From contig OZ245365.1 in the NCBI GenBank assembly GCA_965226495.1, positions 4,992,001-5,056,000 of the forward strand: a DNA stretch of 64,000 nucleotides, read 5' to 3'. Every line of letters starts with the position of its first letter. Position 1 is the stretch's first letter. Source of the DNA: Candidatus Marinacidobacterales bacterium. GTDB taxonomy: Bacteria; Acidobacteriota; Vicinamibacteria; Marinacidobacterales; DATDRI01. The notes beneath the pieces were generated by a model. The model was not told the DNA's origin. It did no database searches and saw only the letters and a list, made by a program, of their open reading frames with translations. A program made the position numbers and the translations under genes. This document shows positions 57,923 through 64,000 of this stretch, in pieces.

Positions 57923-58323
57923 TGTGGCTCCCTCGAATCTTTGGGCGAGACGGCCATGCCGGGGAGAGGCGTGCCTTGCCTGCTGTTGCCATTAGACCGA
58001 GCGGGGTGGGAGCCCAGTGCCCATCGTTAAGTTTTCGATTTGATGAGCTCCCATTCTCCCCTAACGGTCAAATTTATTCAGTGATAGCGATCGCTGGGAT
58101 TTCACCGGTGGGTCGACGCGTGGTCCGCGGCCTCTGAGTCTTCCAAACCGAAGCCTGATGTATCCCTGTAATCCTTTTCCATGCAACGGTTTAGAACATA
58201 AACTGGAAAGGATTGGAAGAGCTTCGATGAGTTCGGCCGAGCCGCGGCAACGTGAGGCCCTTCCCCTACGAATGTGGGTCCACGGACCCGTTCCAGCGGT
58301 GGCGAGCCCCCCGTTCAGTATTA

Positions 58324-60345
58324 CTAACTCAACTCCTCGAGTGTGGCCATAACGTCGCGGCCTGAGAGGACCTCACCGACAGAGACGTTGATCTTGGACA
58401 CTTTGCCTCGCGCAGGAGAGCGGACCTCGAGCTGCATCTTCATCGACTCGATGACGAAGACGACCTGGCCCTCTTCGACTTGCTCACCCTCTCGTGACCG
58501 AACTTCCAAAACCCTTCCCGCCATGGGAGCTCGAACCTCTCCACTGCCGGAAGATACATCCAACCCTTCCCGAGCGGCGTGCCGTGGGCAAGCTAGGCGG
58601 AGCGTTTCACCGAATAAGGTCACCGTGACCTCGGCGACCGATGTGCGCGAAGCATAGAACCCCGCCGATGGCACTTCCCCTCCTTCGATTCGAGAGGTCA
58701 GCTCTCGCAGAGAGCTAGAGAAATGTGATGCTGGCAGCACTGATGTTCTTAAAGCCTCAACCAAACCCGGACCGGACAGGAGGAACTGCCCGCGATCGTC
58801 TCCGGCCGTAATGACCAGTGCAGGCCGTTCCAGCTCGCTTCCAATACGAGCCTGAAAGTTACCTTGGGCGGCGAAACGCTCGGCCACCGCCAGCCGCGAA
58901 GTCGCACCTCCAGAAACGGCGAGAGAAAGTTTCTCCCGAACGGTCCTCGATGCCAATCGATCTCTAAGTGTGAGAGGCAAGAGCCACGCATTGAGCGATT
59001 CCAGATTTTGATCGATCCATTGCGTCGACTCCCGTCCGGCTCGAAAATCGCGATGCCTAACCAGAGCTTGAAGAAAAGGGAGGTTGGTTGTCGGGCCATG
59101 GACGATCATCTCTTCGAGTGCCAGATCCATTCGCGTCAAAGCTTCGTCACGGCTCTCGCCGATGGTGATCACTTTCGCGATCATGGAATCGTACTGGGCG
59201 TTCACTCGCCCTCCCTCGCGGACCCCGGAATCCACGCGAACTCCCTCGCCACGAGGCTCCCGATAGAGGACCAGCGAACCTGGTGTCGGCAGGAAGTCGT
59301 TCCGCGGATCCTCCGCGAGGACACGCGCCTCTAACGACACACCTCGGGGCTCGAGGAGTGTGAAAGTACCGGGATCGGGCAAGCCGGACGGCCAAGAGCC
59401 TTCGGCCAGTTCGAGTTGAGCCTGCACCAAATCCACACCGTACACCATCTCGGTAACCGGGTGTTCGACCTGAAGACGCGTATTGACTTCTAGGAAGTGG
59501 AAGTTCTTTTCCGAGTCGAGCAGGAACTCGACGGTGCCGGCACCGCGGTACCGTGTCTCGGAAACGAGTGCAAGGGCCGCCTTGCCCAGAGACTCACGGA
59601 GCGCACCATCGACCACAACGCTCGGTGATTCCTCGACCACCTTTTGGTGGCGCCTCTGCATCGAGCACTCGCGCTCGCCGAGAAAGACGCCCCCCCCTTC
59701 ACCGTCTCCGAAAACCTGAATTTCGATATGACGCGGCCCCTTCAGGTAACGCTCGACGAAGACGGAAGGATCTCCGAACCCGGAACGCGCCTCTTCCGAT
59801 CCACGACGAATCGCCTCGGGCAGTTCAGCCGCAGAGCCCGCAACACGCATCCCTCTCCCTCCTCCTCCACCACTGGCCTTCACGAGATAAGGAGGTGATA
59901 TACCGCGTACCGCGAGTTCGTCGGCAAGTGCATCTGCGGACCATCCCTCTAATTCCTTCGACGCGAGGGACGACAGAGTAGGAACGCCGCATCGCAATGC
60001 GAGCGTCTTGGCGGACTCCTTGTTCCCGAGCGCTCTCATGCTTGCCGGCGTCGGCCCGACGAAGACAAGGCCCGCCTTCTCGACCTCCTCGGCGAACTCG
60101 GCGTTCTCGGACAAAAATCCGTAGCCGGGATGAAGCAGATGGGCACCCCAATTGCGGGCGGCACGAACGATCCCCTCTCCATCGAGAAAACTCTCGACTT
60201 CGAGAACCTCGTCCGCCTCGCTGCGGACCAAGGCGTCACCGTCTTCCACGGTGGAGGTGACCGCGACCTGGTATCCGCGCTCACGAGCGGCACGCAGAAC
60301 CCGCCGCGCGATTTCACCCCGATTCGCGATGACTAGTTTTTTCAA
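58324..60345 (-). CDS. Acyl-CoA carboxylase alpha subunit (biotin carboxylase + biotin carrier)
   Basis: IANRGEIA, HPGYGFLSEN, RLQVEHPVTE, ESMKM. Start codon uncertain. Confidence 0.92.
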   Translation of the reverse strand: MKKLVIANRGEIARRVLRAARERGYQVAVTSTVEDGDALVRSEADEVLEVESFLDGEGIVRAARNWGAHLLHPGYGFLSENAEFAEEVEKAGLVFVGPTPASMRALGNKESAKTLALRCGVPTLSSLASKELEGWSADALADELAVRGISPPYLVKASGGGGGRGMRVAGSAAELPEAIRRGSEEARSGFGDPSVFVERYLKGPRHIEIQVFGDGEGGGVFLGERECSMQRRHQKVVEESPSVVVDGALRESLGKAALALVSETRYRGAGTVEFLLDSEKNFHFLEVNTRLQVEHPVTEMVYGVDLVQAQLELAEGSWPSGLPDPGTFTLLEPRGVSLEARVLAEDPRNDFLPTPGSLVLYREPRGEGVRVDSGVREGGRVNAQYDSMIAKVITIGESRDEALTRMDLALEEMIVHGPTTNLPFLQALVRHRDFRAGRESTQWIDQNLESLNAWLLPLTLRDRLASRTVREKLSLAVSGGATSRLAVAERFAAQGNFQARIGSELERPALVITAGDDRGQFLLSGPGLVEALRTSVLPASHFSSSLRELTSRIEGGEVPSAGFYASRTSVAEVTVTLFGETLRLACPRHAAREGLDVSSGSGEVRAPMAGRVLEVRSREGEQVEEGQVVFVIESMKMQLEVRSPARGKVSKINVSVGEVLSGRDVMATLEELS

Positions 60346-60358
60346 GGATCGAAAGGAA

Positions 60359-61162
60359 TCAAGGCACCCAGGGAGGAGTCTTCTTGTCGAAGAAGGATGC
60401 GAGCCCGGCTTGGCCTTCCTCCGAGCATCGGGCCTTGGCAATGCTTTTGGCGGTGAAGTCGATCTGATCTGGGTTCGGAAGTGGTGCCGCATTGTGAAGG
60501 AGATCTTTCGTCCTGCGAGCCGATTCCGGACCAGCATGCAGAAACTCCGCCACCACTTCCTCGAGCTCAGAGTCGAAACTGTCCTCGCTGGTCAGTCGTT
60601 GCACCAAACCTAGCTCGCGCGCCTCTGGGCCCTTGATGCGTCGGCCGGTAAGAAGAAGTGACGACGCGGCTGCCAGGCCTATCTTTCGAACGATGTACGG
60701 GCTGATGACCGCGGGCACGATTCCGAGCCGGACCTCGGTGGTCGCGAAGGTCGCCCTTTCTTCGGAGAACACGTAGTCGGTCGAAACCGCGAGACCCATT
60801 CCGCCACCGATCGCGGCGCCACGAACCGCACAGATGACCGGGGTAGGAAACGCCGCGAGATCATAGAAGAGCTGGGCGAGGCTCTTGGCATCGGCGAGGC
60901 TCTCGGCCTCGCCGCTCCCAGCCAACCGCTTCATGTAGTTTAGGTCGGCGCCGGCGGAAAAAATCCTTCCATCACCGGTGAGAACGAGTAAGCGCATCTC
61001 CTCCGGGTCGGGTATCGCAGCCAGCTTGGTCAGCGCGTCTTTGAGCTCTTGGATCATCGTCTCGTCGAAGGCGTTCCGGACGTCGGGGCGTGAGAGCACG
61101 ACGCGTTTCACGCCATGAGGAAGCGATTCGACCCGGAGTGTTGAGGCTTGGATGTCTGTCAT
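60359..61162 (-). CDS. Enoyl-CoA hydratase (methylglutaconyl-CoA hydratase-like)
   Basis: FSAGADL, AIGGG, TEVRLGIVPAVISPY. Confidence 0.88.
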   Translation of the reverse strand: MTDIQASTLRVESLPHGVKRVVLSRPDVRNAFDETMIQELKDALTKLAAIPDPEEMRLLVLTGDGRIFSAGADLNYMKRLAGSGEAESLADAKSLAQLFYDLAAFPTPVICAVRGAAIGGGMGLAVSTDYVFSEERATFATTEVRLGIVPAVISPYIVRKIGLAAASSLLLTGRRIKGPEARELGLVQRLTSEDSFDSELEEVVAEFLHAGPESARRTKDLLHNAAPLPNPDQIDFTAKSIAKARCSEEGQAGLASFFDKKTPPWVP

Positions 61163-61169
61163 GGTCTTT

Positions 61170-61263
61170 TCTCAGCGGCGCCGGGGCCCCACCCCCAGCG
61201 CCTTAACGTTACGCGGTCTCGCTTCGCTCGCCGCTGCACGTTGGCTCATGGCTGCGCTCGGGC
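61170..61263 (-). repeat. GTGGGG-loop hairpin repeat, copy E
   Basis: GGCGCTGGGG-GTGGGG-CCCCGGCGCC (61177-61202). 5' GGCCCGAGCGCAGCC is shared with copy C. Confidence 0.8.
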
Positions 61264-61266
61264 CAC

Positions 61267-63144
61267 TCATATCAGCTCGCCCGGACACGGCATGTTCTCT
61301 GGGGCAATGGTTTCCAGCAGCGGCTTCGGGACTTCGACCCGACAACGCAAAAGCGCTTGGCTATAGGTCTTGCCTTGCGGATCGATGTAAAGACTCACGG
61401 TCCCGCCGCCGCCGAGCGATTCATCCAGCAAGAAATTCAGGGCCCAGAGGTTCGGTACCAAGTAACGGTACACCTTGCCGTGAGAGATGCTCCCGAACCA
61501 TTGCTTAATGCGCTCGGCAGTGACGTTCTCTCGCAACCAAACATAACACTCGGGACTCCTCCCGATGAGGCCGATGTTGGCCGTGTCCCCCTTGTCACCG
61601 CTTCGGGCGTGCGCGATTCGCATGAGTGGAACTTCGACTCGCGGCGCGCCTGTCCACTGGTCCATGAGAGCGAAAGGATACGGGTCCACCGGGGGGTCGT
61701 CGGCGCTTCCCGATCCGCCAGTTTTCGGCCAGGCCAGATCCCTGTGCTCCGCCTCGACCTTCAACTTGGGACTCTTTTTTTCCTGCACGAAGATTGTGAC
61801 CGAAGGAAGTGCACACTCTTGCGGAATCAACGCCGGCCAATAGCGGACGACATCCGAGATCGCAGGAGCGCCGCCAGTGACCGCGACGCCTGAGGGACCA
61901 CTCAGTATTAAGCTCGGGAGAAGCTTGCGGAACATGGCCAATTTTTTCCGTTCGTGATCCCGGGCGGACAGGCGCAGCAAGATTTCGGTCGGCTCGTGAG
62001 ACGGCGTCAGGTCGCGGTGCGTACTGTCGTCCCCAACGAGATCGGTATGCCTGGCCTCCAGTTGCGAGAGCCCGGCTCGCACCAGTTCGACCTCGATGCG
62101 GCTCCAGAATATCTCGGCGAACGCCTTGGCCTTTGCTCTAGCGTCGGGCCCGGAGATGATGATCGCGCCGCTCGATTTGAAACCGTCCTCAAGGGACACA
62201 CTGACCTTCAGTAAGTCGGTCGGCTTCGTACCTCGAACTCCCGAGACCCGAACGCGATCGGTGCTCTCTTGCTCGAGTTGGATCCCGGTGAAGTCGGCGA
62301 TCACGTCGGGAGTGAGATACGCCTGGGGATGTCCCATCTCATAGAGGAGCTGTTCTCGGATAGTCTGGCAGGTCACGAGGCCGCCCGTTCCTGGGTGTTT
62401 CGTCACCACAAAAGATCCGTCGGGCTCCACCTCCAGAATTGGAAAACCCAAATCCTGGAAGCTCGGCACCTTGCACCAATCGGTAAAGTTCCCTCCGGTA
62501 GCCTGAGCCCCGCACTCGATGATATGCCCGCCAACGATCCCGTGAGCCAACTTCTGGTAGTCTTCCATCGACCAACCAAACTCGTGAATTAGCGCACCGA
62601 GCGTGATCCCGGTATCACTCACCCGTCCCGAAAGAACGATGTCTGGTTCGGCCTCGAGCGCCTTAACCACCGGTAAAGCACCGAAGTAGGCATTCGCGGA
62701 AAGAACACTCGTTGCGTAGTCACCCAACTCTTCGCCGGTCTCCATGTTTTTCAGATCCACACCCCGTGCCCGAAGCTTAGAGAGCCGAGGCGCGATGTTA
62801 TCTCCTTCGATGACCCCTACTTTGAGCGTAAGGCCGCGGGTACGCGCCGCGGCAAAGAGCGCTTCCGCGCAGGCCGAGGGATTGACGCCACCCGCGTTGG
62901 TGATGATCTTGATCTTGCGGGCAACCACATCTTCGAGGAGCGGTTCCACCTGAGTGATGAAGTCGCGCGCGTAGCCGGCGTCGGGGTCACGAGCCAACTG
63001 CTTCTGCATAATGCTCATCGTGATCTCAGCCAGGAAATCGATCGAAATGTAGTTAACGGCAAGTTTGCCTTCCACTTGCCTTCTGAGCGCGTAGGGGTCG
63101 TCCCCCCAGTAGCCCCCGGCGTTGGCAATGCGAACGATAGCCAT
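61267..63144 (-). CDS. atuA: Acyclic terpene utilization AtuA/DUF1446 family protein
   Basis: IANAGGYWGD, DFLAEITM, GHIIECG, ARSGDKG, DPQGK. Confidence 0.88.
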   Translation of the reverse strand: MAIVRIANAGGYWGDDPYALRRQVEGKLAVNYISIDFLAEITMSIMQKQLARDPDAGYARDFITQVEPLLEDVVARKIKIITNAGGVNPSACAEALFAAARTRGLTLKVGVIEGDNIAPRLSKLRARGVDLKNMETGEELGDYATSVLSANAYFGALPVVKALEAEPDIVLSGRVSDTGITLGALIHEFGWSMEDYQKLAHGIVGGHIIECGAQATGGNFTDWCKVPSFQDLGFPILEVEPDGSFVVTKHPGTGGLVTCQTIREQLLYEMGHPQAYLTPDVIADFTGIQLEQESTDRVRVSGVRGTKPTDLLKVSVSLEDGFKSSGAIIISGPDARAKAKAFAEIFWSRIEVELVRAGLSQLEARHTDLVGDDSTHRDLTPSHEPTEILLRLSARDHERKKLAMFRKLLPSLILSGPSGVAVTGGAPAISDVVRYWPALIPQECALPSVTIFVQEKKSPKLKVEAEHRDLAWPKTGGSGSADDPPVDPYPFALMDQWTGAPRVEVPLMRIAHARSGDKGDTANIGLIGRSPECYVWLRENVTAERIKQWFGSISHGKVYRYLVPNLWALNFLLDESLGGGGTVSLYIDPQGKTYSQALLRCRVEVPKPLLETIAPENMPCPGELI

Positions 63145-63165
63145 TCGTTATCTACCTACATTCGC

Positions 63166-64000
63166 CTACATTCTAAAGACGCCGACCTTCGTTTCCTCGA
63201 GAGGAGCATTCAATACGATAGCCAGGCTCAACGCCAAGACGGTCCGAGTCGCCTTCATGTCGATGACACCGTCGTCCCAGAGCCGCGCCGATGCATAGTA
63301 GGGATGTCCTTCCTTTTCGTATTTTTCCAAGATCGGTGCGGTGATCTTTTCCGCTTCCTTCGAGCTCAGGGTTTTGCCTTGACGCTCGCGTTGATCTCGC
63401 TTGACGGTGAGCAACACTTGAGCGGCCTGCTCGCCCCCCATGACGGAGATGCGGCTACCCGGCCAGGTCCAGAGGAATCGGGGCTCGTAGGCGCGGCCAG
63501 CCATTCCGTAGTTTCCCGCGCCGAAGCTGCCACCCAAGATCATGGTGATCTTAGGAACCTTAGCGGTGGCAACCGCGTGGACCATCTTCGCTCCGTCCTT
63601 GGCGATACCGCCTCGCTCGTACTGAGCTCCTACCATGAAGCCGGTGATGTTCTGGAGGAAGAGAAGAGGAATCTTCTCGGCTGTACAAAGCTCGATGAAG
63701 TGCGTCACTTTGAGTGCGCTCTCGCTGAACAGGACTCCGTTGTTAGCGATGATCCCGCAGGGCATCCCTTCGACATGCGCGAAACCGGTCACCACCGTGG
63801 AACCGTAGCGCTCCTTGAACTCGAAGAGACGGCTGCCGTCCACGATGCGCGCAAGCACCTCGCGGATATCCACTTGGCGGTGCAAGTCCTTCGGCCAAAT
63901 CCCAAGAAGCTCTTCCGGCTCGTAGGCGGGAGACTCGGATGCCTTGAGATCCACGACCGCCTGCGATCGTTGCCCCAAGTGGAAGACGATGTCTCGCATG
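63166..64000 (-). CDS. Acyl-CoA carboxylase beta (carboxyltransferase) subunit, 5'-truncated
   Basis: [28 protein letters not shown]. Confidence 0.92.
   Translation of the reverse strand, partial: MRDIVFHLGQRSQAVVDLKASESPAYEPEELLGIWPKDLHRQVDIREVLARIVDGSRLFEFKERYGSTVVTGFAHVEGMPCGIIANNGVLFSESALKVTHFIELCTAEKIPLLFLQNITGFMVGAQYERGGIAKDGAKMVHAVATAKVPKITMILGGSFGAGNYGMAGRAYEPRFLWTWPGSRISVMGGEQAAQVLLTVKRDQRERQGKTLSSKEAEKITAPILEKYEKEGHPYYASARLWDDGVIDMKATRTVLALSLAIVLNAPLEETKVGVFRM

Noticed and set aside
57923-58323. Riboswitch or ncRNA upstream of the PilZ gene
   Set aside because: No c-di-GMP or other aptamer consensus recognisable by eye.

Overview
GC-rich bacterial chromosome segment. The gene repertoire (ADOP-type duplicated ABC permease, VPS10/BNR hydrolase, kinase plus beta-propeller, DUF885) suggests Acidobacteriota/Vicinamibacteria; this is inference only. 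1-9.3 kb is a polymorphic-toxin locus with unusual architecture. A 5'-truncated Rhs/YD cage gene stops before the Rhs core and ends in Ig-like repeats. Two separate genes follow, each with its own RBS and Sec signal peptide, encoding the missing Rhs core plus a different nuclease toxin. Each is followed by a coupled immunity gene and a DUF6572-like gene, and an HNH gene closes the locus. 9.5-64 kb is mostly transporters, hydrolases, kinases, a Fic gene, a glycosyltransferase/isoprenoid operon, egtD, PilZ and an atu/liu-like acyl-CoA carboxylase cluster. The ORF track misses several things: a probable selenoprotein (in-frame TGA at a thioredoxin active site with a SECIS-like hairpin, 17242-18648), a dispersed covarying hairpin family with a GTGGGG loop (one copy inside a kinase gene), three copies of a gene-junction repeat bracketing cargo genes, and a duplicated operator upstream of the Fic gene. 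Several single-base frameshifts may be sequencing errors. No tRNA, rRNA or CRISPR array was seen. Family names come from recalled motifs, not database searches.
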